DNA from: Gammaproteobacteria bacterium RIFCSPLOWO2_02_FULL_38_11
Lineage (GTDB): Bacteria > Pseudomonadota > Gammaproteobacteria > HIGHO2-12-38-15
Length of the DNA stretch: 53,184 bases
Assembly: GCA_001801745.1 (NCBI GenBank)
Contig: MGYM01000039.1
Location: 1 to 53,184, forward strand
Reading direction: 5' to 3'
Below are positions 1 to 8,040 of the stretch, one piece after another. The notes under the pieces were generated by a model. It was given only the letters and a program-made list of their open reading frames with translations, made no database searches and had not been told where the DNA came from. Positions within the stretch are counted from its first letter, which is position 1. Every line of letters begins with the position of its first letter. Made by a program: the position numbers and the translations under genes.

Positions 1-2
1 AG

Positions 3-554
3 ATTGTTGATAGAGATAATATTGATAGAAATGTACGGCTGGCTTTTTTAAAAGATGATTCGATAGGAAAAATTTTAGGTTTATCGTATAAACCACAACA
101 AGGTCCATTAAAAAAAATAAAAATCAAATTGGAAATTGATGTGAACCCTCCTTTGGGTGCCAGCTTTGAATTAAAATACCTTGATTTTCCCGTATTATTT
201 TCCGTACGTGCGTTGGATAAGAGTAGTTTGTTTGCAGGAAAACTTCATGCATTATTATGTCGTCAATATATAAAAGGACGTGATTGGTATGACTTTCTTT
301 GGTATATGTCGCAAGACGTTGATGTTAATTATTTATTTCTTAAAAATGCGATTGATCAGGCAGGGCCTTGGGCAAAAAAAAATGAAAAAGTAAATTCAAC
401 CTGGCTAAAGAAACAGTTGACTAAAAAAATCCAGGAAATAGATTGGAATAAAACGCTAGATGATGTTTCTCCTTTTATTAAACAAGCAGAACTTGCTTCT
501 TTGAAATTATGGTCGGCAGATTTGTTTATTTCAAAAGTAGTTAAGCTTCGTTAG
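3..554 (+). CDS. AbiEii/AbiGii-type nucleotidyltransferase (DUF1814-like toxin), C-terminal part; the 5' end lies outside the window
   Basis: The frame is open from base 3 with no stop before the listed ORF at 129. The motif GKLHALLCR...KGRDWYDFLWY matches what I recall for AbiEii-family proteins. Family call is from memory. Confidence 0.5.
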   Translation: MVDRDNIDRNVRLAFLKDDSIGKILGLSYKPQQGPLKKIKIKLEIDVNPPLGASFELKYLDFPVLFSVRALDKSSLFAGKLHALLCRQYIKGRDWYDFLWYMSQDVDVNYLFLKNAIDQAGPWAKKNEKVNSTWLKKQLTKKIQEIDWNKTLDDVSPFIKQAELASLKLWSADLFISKVVKLR

Positions 555-1281
555 TCTTGCTTCTTTTGATTTTATCGATTGAGATCCGTGTCATTCCTTT
601 TTCTTCGTCTTCAGGCAAGCTGATGGAGCCAAAGGCATGTCCGTAGAGAACCTCAAAAGTGGTAGGAAAATAATTTTCTTTATTTTTAGGATAAATTTTT
701 TCTAATTTTTTAAAAACAGTTTTTCCTGTTAAAAAAGGAAAAACCAGTTTTGATTTTTTGACGGATCCGGCTTGTTTTATTTCTTTAAATAAAGAAATTA
801 AATCTGGATAAAGTAAAGTAATGTCTTCGCGATCCAGGACGGGATTTTCAAATTTTAATTTGACCAGCATATCGCCTAAGTCATGCATATCATAAAATAA
901 ATTAACGTGGTCGTAATGATCGAGTTGTTGCCAGGCCTGGCGTAATTCTTTTAATGTGTCTGGCCCCAAGGTAGAAAACAAAAACAAGCCGTGAGGTTTT
1001 AGTACACGTTTTAGTTCATTGAAAAAAATGGGCAAATCGAGTATAGACTCTAAAGTAAACGTTGAACAAATTAAATCGATGCTATGTGTTTGAAAGGGAA
1101 GTTGTAATTGTGTTGGAAAGAATTCTGAAATAGTTGCATGCGGAAATTTTTTTTTGAGTAAATGACTTAAGTTTCCCTTGTTTTTTTCTAAATTTAAAAT
1201 TGTTTTAGGTTTGAGGGGGATATAATGGAGACGTTCTATGACCCGTTCATTGATTGTATTTAAAAAATCAAGCGTACTCAT
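541..1281 (-). CDS. Class I SAM-dependent methyltransferase, BioC-like, with a degenerate glycine-rich motif I
   Basis: 246-aa ORF. The post-motif-I region (IDLICSTFTLESILDLP..FFNELKRVLKPHGLFLFSTLGPDTLKEL) resembles BioC/UbiG-type methyltransferases. The expected (V/I)LDxGCGxG position reads ILNLEKNKGNLS. Confidence 0.55.
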   Translation of the reverse strand: MSTLDFLNTINERVIERLHYIPLKPKTILNLEKNKGNLSHLLKKKFPHATISEFFPTQLQLPFQTHSIDLICSTFTLESILDLPIFFNELKRVLKPHGLFLFSTLGPDTLKELRQAWQQLDHYDHVNLFYDMHDLGDMLVKLKFENPVLDREDITLLYPDLISLFKEIKQAGSVKKSKLVFPFLTGKTVFKKLEKIYPKNKENYFPTTFEVLYGHAFGSISLPEDEEKGMTRISIDKIKRSKTNEA

Positions 1282-1317
1282 CTATTCTCAAAAATGATTT
1301 TATGGTTGAGTATAGTA

Positions 1318-1346
1318 TTGACATTTCCATAAAATTTAACAATAGT
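1318..1346 (+). promoter_or_regulatory. Candidate sigma70 promoter for the sugar transporter operon (TTGACA-17 nt-AATAGT)
   Basis: TTGACA lies at 1318-1323, followed by a 17-nt spacer and AATAGT at 1341-1346, about 35 nt upstream of the ATG at 1381. Pattern match only. Confidence 0.3.
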
Positions 1347-1380
1347 GACCTACTTCATGGAACTTTGAGGAAAACTAAAA

Positions 1381-2703
1381 ATGGGAAAAGTCGAAACGAA
1401 AAGATCAACAATATGGAATCTCAATTTAGGATTATTAGGCATTAATTTTGCTTGGGGATTACAGATGGCTAACATGAGTGCCATCTATGAATCATTAGGT
1501 GCGAAACCCGATCAAATCCCCATTTTATGGCTTGCTGCGCCGCTGACGGGTTTGTTAGTTCAACCCATCATTGGTTGGTTGAGTGATAATACCTGGTGTC
1601 GTTGGGGGCGCCGCCGTCCTTATATTTTAATAGGGGCTATCTTTTCCACTGTCGCTTTGTTTTTAATGCCTTTGTGTCACAGTATCTTGATGGCGGCGAT
1701 TTTGTTGTGGTTATTAGACGCGATGATTAATGTGGGTATGGGTCCTTTTCGTGCGCTGATTCCTGATGTATTACCCGTACACCAACAAAAATTAGGATTT
1801 ACAATTCAAGGTATTTGTATTGCCTTAGGTTCTGTGTTGGCTTCTGTTTTCCCTTGGATTTTACAACATGTTTTCTTTGTTTCACACGAGGTGGTTGTGC
1901 AAGGTGTTCCTCGTTTAATTCAATTTTCTTTTTGGATCGGTGCTTGTGTTTTAATTTTCACAATGTTTTGGACTTTTTTCACAGTAAAAGAAACTGCGCC
2001 GGAAGTGACAATGAAATCGAAATTTAGCATCGGTGCTTTTTTAAGAAATTTCAAACAAGATTGTTTGAACATGCCCACGGTCATGAAAGATTTGTCTTGG
2101 GTGATGATGTTCTCCTGGGCAGGCATGTTTTGCATGTTTTTATATTTACCGGTGGCGGTTATTCATAAAGTATTTCATGCAGAAGTGGGGACAGCCGCAT
2201 ATGAGCAGGGCTTGGTGTGGGTGAATGTATGTTTTGGTGCTTACAGTATTTTCGTTTTATTTTCTTCTTTAATTTTGCCGTGGTTACTTTCTCGTTTTAC
2301 ACCTAAATTTACTTATGCCTTATGTTTATTGTGTGGTGGTTTGGCTTTAGCTTCTATTTTATTTATCAAAACACCTCATCAAGTTTTATTATTGATGTTG
2401 GGCGTGGGAATTGCATTTGGTAGCATGTTAAGTATTCCTTACACTTTAGTGTCGCGTTCTTTACCCAGAGAAAAATTAGGTAGTTTCATGGGAATCTTTA
2501 ATTTATTTATTGTAATACCTGAAGTAATCGTTTCTTTAGGTTTTGGTTGGGTCATGGAACATTTATTAGGTGGCGAACGTTATTTAGCCGTGGTATGTGG
2601 TGGTGTTTGTATGTTGTTGGCATCTGCTTTAGCCTTGCGAGTACGCTTGCTGCCTGAAAGCGAAGATGAAACGCATTTGCAAACACAAGAAAGTATTTCT
2701 TAA
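1381..2703 (+). CDS. MFS/GPH-family sugar:H+ symporter (SLC45/sucrose-maltose transporter-like)
   Basis: 440 aa with about 12 hydrophobic segments. The N-terminal signature is LAAPLTGLLVQPIIGWLSDNTWCRWGRRRPYIL (the RxGRR-type loop of glycoside-pentoside-type symporters). It sits directly upstream of a GH13 glucosidase and glucokinase. Confidence 0.75.
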   Translation: MGKVETKRSTIWNLNLGLLGINFAWGLQMANMSAIYESLGAKPDQIPILWLAAPLTGLLVQPIIGWLSDNTWCRWGRRRPYILIGAIFSTVALFLMPLCHSILMAAILLWLLDAMINVGMGPFRALIPDVLPVHQQKLGFTIQGICIALGSVLASVFPWILQHVFFVSHEVVVQGVPRLIQFSFWIGACVLIFTMFWTFFTVKETAPEVTMKSKFSIGAFLRNFKQDCLNMPTVMKDLSWVMMFSWAGMFCMFLYLPVAVIHKVFHAEVGTAAYEQGLVWVNVCFGAYSIFVLFSSLILPWLLSRFTPKFTYALCLLCGGLALASILFIKTPHQVLLLMLGVGIAFGSMLSIPYTLVSRSLPREKLGSFMGIFNLFIVIPEVIVSLGFGWVMEHLLGGERYLAVVCGGVCMLLASALALRVRLLPESEDETHLQTQESIS

Positions 2704-2850
2704 GGGTGCCTCTAAAAATTAGAAATTTTGCGTTAGAACGAGGCGCACTCATTTTTAAAAGCGCAGTTTGCAAGCGAGTAAATGAGCATTTTAAAAATGA
2801 GTGTAACAAAGTTATAATGCAAAAAAGCAATTTTTAGAGGCGCCCTTAAG
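2699..2850. mobile_element. MITE-like palindromic element, copy 1 (terminal inverted repeats CTTAAGGGYGCCTCTAAAAATT)
   Basis: The left end cttaagggtgcctctaaaaatt (2699-2720) is the reverse complement of the right end aatttttagaggcgcccttaag (2829-2850) with one mismatch. There is an internal second inverted repeat (actcatttttaaaa / ttttaaaaatgagt). Related copies lie at 13908-13940 and 24803-24950. Confidence 0.55.
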
Positions 2851-2852
2851 TC

Positions 2853-4454
2853 ATGAGAATTCAGCATCCAAAATGGTGGCATGGCGCCATCATTTATCAA
2901 ATTTATCCACGTAGTTTTTTTGATAGTAATCACGATGGAATTGGTGATTTGCAAGGAATCACAGAAAAACTTCCTTATATTGCTGACTTAGGTGTGGATG
3001 CGATATGGATTTCGCCTTTTTTGAAATCACCTCAAGAAGACTTTGGATACGATGTTTCTGATTATTATGAAATTGATCCTCTTTTTGGAAGCTTAGCAGA
3101 TTTTGATGCCTTAGTTCAAAAGGCGCATGCGTTAAAGTTGCGGGTATTGATGGATATGGTATTGAACCATACTTCAGCGCAACACCCTTGGTTTATAGAA
3201 AGTCGAAAAGATCGCAGCAACCCTAAAGCAAATTGGTATGTATGGGCCTCCCCGAAGCCTGACGGAAGTCCCCCGAATAATTGGCTCTCTGTGTTTGGAG
3301 GGGAAGCATGGGAGTGGGATTCAGTACGTCAACAATATTATTTTCATAATTTTCTTTCCTCGCAGCCTGATTTAAATTTCCATCATCCTGAAGTACTAGA
3401 AGCAATGTTAAAAGTAGGGCAATTCTGGCTTTCCCGTGGTGTGGATGGATTTCGTTTAGATACGGCCAATTATTATATTCATGATAAAGATTTGAGAGAC
3501 AATCTTTTGCGTGCTGACCATGAACCTTCTTCTGAAGGTGTGCCGCCGGATAATCCCTATGGGCGTCAATATCATCTTTATGATAAATCGCGTCCTGAAA
3601 ATTTTTTTGTTTTGAAACAAATTCGAAAATTAATGGATTGTTATCCAGACACAGTGACGATAGGTGAAGTGGCGGATGATCATTGCCTGGTGACAGCTGC
3701 GAATTATGTGAAAGGGCAAGAGCATTTACACATGGTTTATAATTTTCGTTTATTGGATGCCTCTTCCAATTTTTCTGCGAAATTTATTTATGACTGTATT
3801 CTTGAGCTGGAGAAACATCTTGAAGATGGTTGGCCTTGTTGGTCTTTCAGTAATCATGACGTACAACGTGTTGCAACGCGTTTTAGTCATGGCAAACCCA
3901 CGGATACATTAAGCAAACTTTTGCTGGCTTTATTATTCTCGTTGCGCGGTACAATTTGTTTATATCAAGGTGAAGAATTAGGTTTAGTTGAAGCGGAAGT
4001 GCCTTTTGAAAAAATGCAAGATCCTTACGGCCTTCGTTTTTACCCTGTGTTTAAAGGACGGGATGGTTGTCGTACACCGATGCCTTGGACGAAAGAGGGT
4101 GGTTTTTCAAATGCAGCGCCGTGGTTACCGCTTTATTTGCCGCATTTGATGCAATCAGTGAGCATACAAGAACATCATCCTGATTCAGTATTACAATTTT
4201 GTAAGCAATTTTTGCGTTGGCGAAAATCACAAGCAGCTTTGCTTTACGGTGACATTCATGATTTACGATTTGAAGGAAATATTTTAATGTTTGAACGAAA
4301 TCATGAATCACAACAAATAGCGCTTGCTTTTAATTTGGGAGAAGAAGAAAAAAGAATTGAGCAGAAGGGGGATGTGAAAATTTTAAAGGGGCATGAATTT
4401 TTATTTAAGTGTACCTCTAAAAGTAGCTTGTTAGGATTGATCAAACATGCGTAA
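2853..4454 (+). CDS. GH13 alpha-glucosidase / oligo-1,6-glucosidase-type alpha-amylase family enzyme
   Basis: 533 aa. N-terminus WWHGAIIYQIYPRSFFDSNHDGIGDLQGI..LGVDAIWISPF. Also carries GH13 conserved regions (DMVLNHTS, GFRLDTANY, GEV, FSNHD). Confidence 0.9.
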   Translation: MRIQHPKWWHGAIIYQIYPRSFFDSNHDGIGDLQGITEKLPYIADLGVDAIWISPFLKSPQEDFGYDVSDYYEIDPLFGSLADFDALVQKAHALKLRVLMDMVLNHTSAQHPWFIESRKDRSNPKANWYVWASPKPDGSPPNNWLSVFGGEAWEWDSVRQQYYFHNFLSSQPDLNFHHPEVLEAMLKVGQFWLSRGVDGFRLDTANYYIHDKDLRDNLLRADHEPSSEGVPPDNPYGRQYHLYDKSRPENFFVLKQIRKLMDCYPDTVTIGEVADDHCLVTAANYVKGQEHLHMVYNFRLLDASSNFSAKFIYDCILELEKHLEDGWPCWSFSNHDVQRVATRFSHGKPTDTLSKLLLALLFSLRGTICLYQGEELGLVEAEVPFEKMQDPYGLRFYPVFKGRDGCRTPMPWTKEGGFSNAAPWLPLYLPHLMQSVSIQEHHPDSVLQFCKQFLRWRKSQAALLYGDIHDLRFEGNILMFERNHESQQIALAFNLGEEEKRIEQKGDVKILKGHEFLFKCTSKSSLLGLIKHA

Positions 4455-5499
4455 AGTTTCCAGGAAAAAAACAATTGCAGTTTGGGATTTAGGTGCGACA
4501 AAATGTGCGGTAGGTATAATAGAAGTTGATCTTTTCATGGAGCGATTTAAGTTTATAACGAGCACTTCTTTATATTTAAATGATTTTTTCTCTTTAGATG
4601 ATTTAACACAAGGCTTAGAAAATAATTTAGGAACACGATTTTCTGATATTGATAAAATCATGATTGCTGGGGCGGGTATTTATGATGGATACACATTAAA
4701 TTTAGCGAATGGGTATCCCTACCCCATGGAATTTGCAGCATTAGCAAAATCGCGAAAATGGTCATCGATGACGGTGGTACATGATTATGTTCCGATGATG
4801 TGTGCGACCTTCATCGCAGATTTGTTGGATCCTGATCAAATTTCCTTTATCCATCCCGGTGTTTTAAATCCCTATGGTCGTCGTGTTGTTTTTGGTTTAG
4901 GAACAGGATTAGGTTTTAAAGATGGCTTATTATTGGAAAGAAAAAAATTTTGGTTAGGTGAAAATGAAGTGGGGCATATTGGGATTCCTTTTCCTCCGCG
5001 TGCGATGCCTGATGAAATTCAAGTACATAAAGAATTTATTGATTTTTTAAGAACGCAAACAGATATTTCTCCGAATCAATCGATTACATTTGAAAAAGTA
5101 TTATCAGGCCAGGGGACATCACGTTTACATCAATTTGTAACAGCCTCTAAAGATCATCTTTTGCCTCATGAAGTCGGAGATTTATTGCGTGCGGGACTTG
5201 CAGAAGAAACGCTTGCTTTATTGGCGTGGTATTTGGGGTTATTAATTGGAAGTTTACAATTAATTTTTATGCCCTCAGGAGGTATTTGGATGACGGGAGG
5301 TGTTTTATTGAAGCATGAAGAAATAGCACTGCACCCACAACTTAAAAAAGGTATTTTAGCAAGTCCTGCTTATATTAATGAACGCCGTTCTTTCCCGCTT
5401 GCCATTATCAAAGATAAAAATCTTGTTTTTTTAGGAGGAGCTTACTATCTTGCGTATCGTGCTTCTTTGATGGGGCAGTCTGTGCCAGCTTTTGCGTAA
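4447..5499 (+). CDS. glk: Glucokinase (divergent Glk family)
   Basis: 350 aa, collinear with E. coli Glk as I recall it: N-terminal IAVWDLGATKCAVG (ATPase phosphate-1 loop), GLGTGLG, EVGHIG, EKVLSGQG and a C-terminal GGIWMTGGV. It overlaps the glucosidase stop by 8 nt, suggesting an operon. Confidence 0.75.
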   Translation: MRKVSRKKTIAVWDLGATKCAVGIIEVDLFMERFKFITSTSLYLNDFFSLDDLTQGLENNLGTRFSDIDKIMIAGAGIYDGYTLNLANGYPYPMEFAALAKSRKWSSMTVVHDYVPMMCATFIADLLDPDQISFIHPGVLNPYGRRVVFGLGTGLGFKDGLLLERKKFWLGENEVGHIGIPFPPRAMPDEIQVHKEFIDFLRTQTDISPNQSITFEKVLSGQGTSRLHQFVTASKDHLLPHEVGDLLRAGLAEETLALLAWYLGLLIGSLQLIFMPSGGIWMTGGVLLKHEEIALHPQLKKGILASPAYINERRSFPLAIIKDKNLVFLGGAYYLAYRASLMGQSVPAFA

Positions 5500-5517
5500 T
5501 TCTTGTTTTTCATGAGG

Positions 5518-6309
5518 TTATTTATTTTTTGTGACATCACACAAATTATTTCGAGATTGTAAATCGTCTGTTAACAACAAACTAAATGAAATTAGAATAG
5601 GATAAAAAAAATAAAAAATCACACACATCATGATAAGGTTACTTAGGATAACGTGATTTTTATCGATGTGAAAAATATAAAAATGTGAAACTAAATCAAA
5701 AATAATAAAGAAAACCATATAAAAAGAAATGGTTGAAATAACGATGCGCCACCAGTTTGAAAGACACAAATTACGAGTGTAGTTAATAGATTCTTTAAAA
5801 GACAGCGAAGGTTCTCGAAGTAATGCAAAAAGATAGATAAAAACCATAGGAAAATATAAAATTCCCCAAATTATTAGAAACAAGCCGGTTGAATAAAACA
5901 AAAGTATAAAAAATGTCCTGTCTTTTGGAAAATGGGGAGCGATCTTTGTCAGTAAAACTGAAAGTAAAAAAGGAAGCATGAAGGTAAAAATACCTTGCCA
6001 TAATTTTTTTTGTATTTTAATAGATTGTTTAAATGCAATAGCATAAGAAGTTATTTTTTTATAATGAATATTAAATATCAAGCATGCTATAAAAGAATAA
6101 AAAATAAAAGAAATAAAAGAAAAAAACAAAAGCGTTTGTTTTGAATAAGGTAAAATAAATTTAAACTCGAAATAATAAGAGCTAAAATGAAAAACAATTC
6201 CAATCAACAATATACCCAAAAATAGTAGTTTTATTTGAGGATAGAGTTGAAACGAAAGTTTTAACGAAGAAAAATAAAGTGATCGAATTTTTTTTGGAGC
6301 CGTTGTCAT
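5518..6309 (-). CDS. Hypothetical polytopic membrane protein (about 6 TM segments)
   Basis: 263-aa ORF, very hydrophobic and F/I/L-rich, with no recognisable family motif. Confidence 0.45.
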   Translation of the reverse strand: MTTAPKKIRSLYFSSLKLSFQLYPQIKLLFLGILLIGIVFHFSSYYFEFKFILPYSKQTLLFFSFISFIFYSFIACLIFNIHYKKITSYAIAFKQSIKIQKKLWQGIFTFMLPFLLSVLLTKIAPHFPKDRTFFILLFYSTGLFLIIWGILYFPMVFIYLFALLREPSLSFKESINYTRNLCLSNWWRIVISTISFYMVFFIIFDLVSHFYIFHIDKNHVILSNLIMMCVIFYFFYPILISFSLLLTDDLQSRNNLCDVTKNK

Positions 6310-7057
6310 GTCGTTTGTCCAGATAATAAGAAAAATAAATTTTAATTTAATTCTGCAATTTATTTCAGAGTCTTGTTTCCAAAGCCAATGTATTTTATGT
6401 GCAAACCCCGCAGAGAATAATATAAGCCTTTGCCAAGCTTGTAAACGCGATCTCCCTTGGCTTACTTATGTATGTTTTAAGTGTGGGCAACCTTTGCCAA
6501 CGGCAATGCGTTTTTGTGGTGTTTGTTTGAGGCAAACGCCCCCTTATTTTAGAACGATCGCATTGTTTCATTATGATGATTTGATTGCCTATTGTATCAG
6601 TTTGTTAAAATTTCAAAAATGTTTAGCGCTAGGAAAGACATTCGGAGTATTGATGGCTGAGTGTTTATTGCAGCATTATCAAAACGATATTTTTCCTGAA
6701 TGTATTATCCCTCTGCCTTTACATGAAAAGCGTTTAAAAGAACGAGGTTATAATCAAGCTTTAGAGCTTGCTCGGCCAATTTCAACTTTATTAAAATTGC
6801 CTATCGATGTATTTTCCTGTGCTCGAATCAAAGCAACATTGCCACAATCAAATACGCCTTCAGTCAAAGAAAGAAGAAGAAATGTAAAGAATGCCTTTAG
6901 ATTACTTCAGCCTTTACCCTATAAACATATTGCGCTCGTAGATGATGTGATGACGACCGGTTCAACGGTGGCGGCATGTGCGAATGCTTTAATGCAGGGA
7001 GGGGTTAAGCGTGTGGATATTTGGTGTTGTGCTCGGACGGGTGGGAATTTTTTCTGA
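6308..7057 (+). CDS. comF: ComF-family protein (amidophosphoribosyltransferase-like, ComFC)
   Basis: N-terminal double CxxC zinc-finger region (CILC..CQAC, CFKCG..CGVC) and a C-terminal PRTase motif ALVDDVMTTGST. The start codon is uncertain because it overlaps the divergent upstream gene's start. Confidence 0.8.
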   Translation: MSFVQIIRKINFNLILQFISESCFQSQCILCANPAENNISLCQACKRDLPWLTYVCFKCGQPLPTAMRFCGVCLRQTPPYFRTIALFHYDDLIAYCISLLKFQKCLALGKTFGVLMAECLLQHYQNDIFPECIIPLPLHEKRLKERGYNQALELARPISTLLKLPIDVFSCARIKATLPQSNTPSVKERRRNVKNAFRLLQPLPYKHIALVDDVMTTGSTVAACANALMQGGVKRVDIWCCARTGGNFF

Positions 7058-7084
7058 GACGAGTAAATGCTTATCAGGGTGTGC

Positions 7085-7672
7085 CTAAAATTCATATATT
7101 TTTTTTTCTGTTACAAGGTAGCTTAAAGGGATATCCCAAGCTTCGACAGGGAGGCAGTCCACCTTTTGACATTCATAGGCCAATCCCACCAAAACAGGCT
7201 TTTTACATTCAGCATCATTTTTTAGAAATGCGAAAGTGCGATCATAATAGCCTTGACCTGAGCCTAAACGGTTTCCTTGCATATCAAAAGCCAGGAGGGG
7301 TACAAGTACTAATTCTAATTTCGAAGAAAAAATAAAATTTTTATTTTCTGGTTCCGGGATACCATAACAATTTGAAATTAATTTTTCTCCTGGCGTGTAT
7401 TTTGAAAACAGAAGTGTGTTTGTTGTATTTTGTAAAACAGGTAGATAAATTATTTTTTTTGTTTGTTGTGCTTGTTCTAAAATACCCTTTGTTTCAACTT
7501 CATTTTGATGAGCATAATAACTTGCAATATTTTGGCTCTCTTTAAATAATTTATGAAAATAAAGATGTTGGGTTATTTGAATTGCACATTGACGTTGTTG
7601 GGTAGGGCTTAAGGTTTGACGATGGTGACGAAAACGGGAACGCAATAGTTTTTTTGAAGGTAATTCTTTCAT
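7085..7672 (-). CDS. ygfA: 5-formyltetrahydrofolate cyclo-ligase
   Basis: 195 aa. Motifs IASYYAHQNEV, YLPVL and VLVPLLAFDMQGNRLGSGQGYYDRTF are typical of the family. A 6S RNA-like sequence lies immediately upstream, as in E. coli ssrS-ygfA. Confidence 0.85.
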   Translation of the reverse strand: MKELPSKKLLRSRFRHHRQTLSPTQQRQCAIQITQHLYFHKLFKESQNIASYYAHQNEVETKGILEQAQQTKKIIYLPVLQNTTNTLLFSKYTPGEKLISNCYGIPEPENKNFIFSSKLELVLVPLLAFDMQGNRLGSGQGYYDRTFAFLKNDAECKKPVLVGLAYECQKVDCLPVEAWDIPLSYLVTEKKIYEF

Positions 7673-7675
7673 AAA

Positions 7676-7856
7676 GACCGAGTGACTTGACAGCCTAATC
7701 TTGTTCCCCTGAACCCAGTGTTCAAGGTGGAGTAATATATACCATCATTAGGCTTCTCACTTAAAGTGAGCTTGCACACCGATGGTAGGGACTGTAACTC
7801 CAGAAAAATTGCTTAACGGGTTAAGAACGAAGACGAACCGTCAAGTACTCGAGTCA
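7676..7856 (-). ncRNA. ssrS: 6S RNA (ssrS)
   Basis: It occupies the conserved position just 5' of ygfA on the same strand. The roughly 180-nt transcript folds as a rod: the 5' segment gagtacttgacggttcgtcttcgttc pairs with the 3' segment gaacaagattaggctgtcaagtcactc. There is a terminal hairpin ctcac-tttaa-gtgag, and small hairpins (cttaac/gttaag, gaac/gttc) in the central region. Ends are approximate. Confidence 0.7.
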
Positions 7857-7862
7857 ACCTCC

Positions 7863-7890
7863 ATTATATTCACTTTATCTTAAATAACAA
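7863..7890 (-). promoter_or_regulatory. Candidate sigma70 promoter of ssrS-ygfA (TTGTTA-16 nt-TATAAT)
   Basis: On the minus strand, TTGTTA (7885-7890) is followed by a 16-nt spacer and a perfect TATAAT (7863-7868), about 7 nt upstream of the predicted 6S 5' end. Confidence 0.45.
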
Positions 7891-8040
7891 AAGAGAGAAA
7901 AAAGATTTGATAGATCTGATATAACGTCATTTTTTTGTAAGTTTTTGTCGAAATTGATTAATTTTTTGGTTATTTTTCTTGTTTCTCCTACTTTTTACTC
8001 CCATAATTAAAATTGTTGGATTTTGCTTAGGGTGATATTT

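Noticed and set aside
6307-6310. Divergent genes whose start codons overlap (TCATG), considered as an unusual shared start or regulatory arrangement
   Set aside because: It is more likely that one or both starts are mis-assigned by the longest-ORF rule. No internal Met alternatives are obvious, but non-ATG starts cannot be excluded. There is no independent evidence.
7021-7335. 104-aa plus-strand ORF spanning the comF end and the ygfA 3' region
   Set aside because: It overlaps two genes with clear family signatures, uses a non-ATG start and has no recognisable motif. It is most likely a chance ORF.
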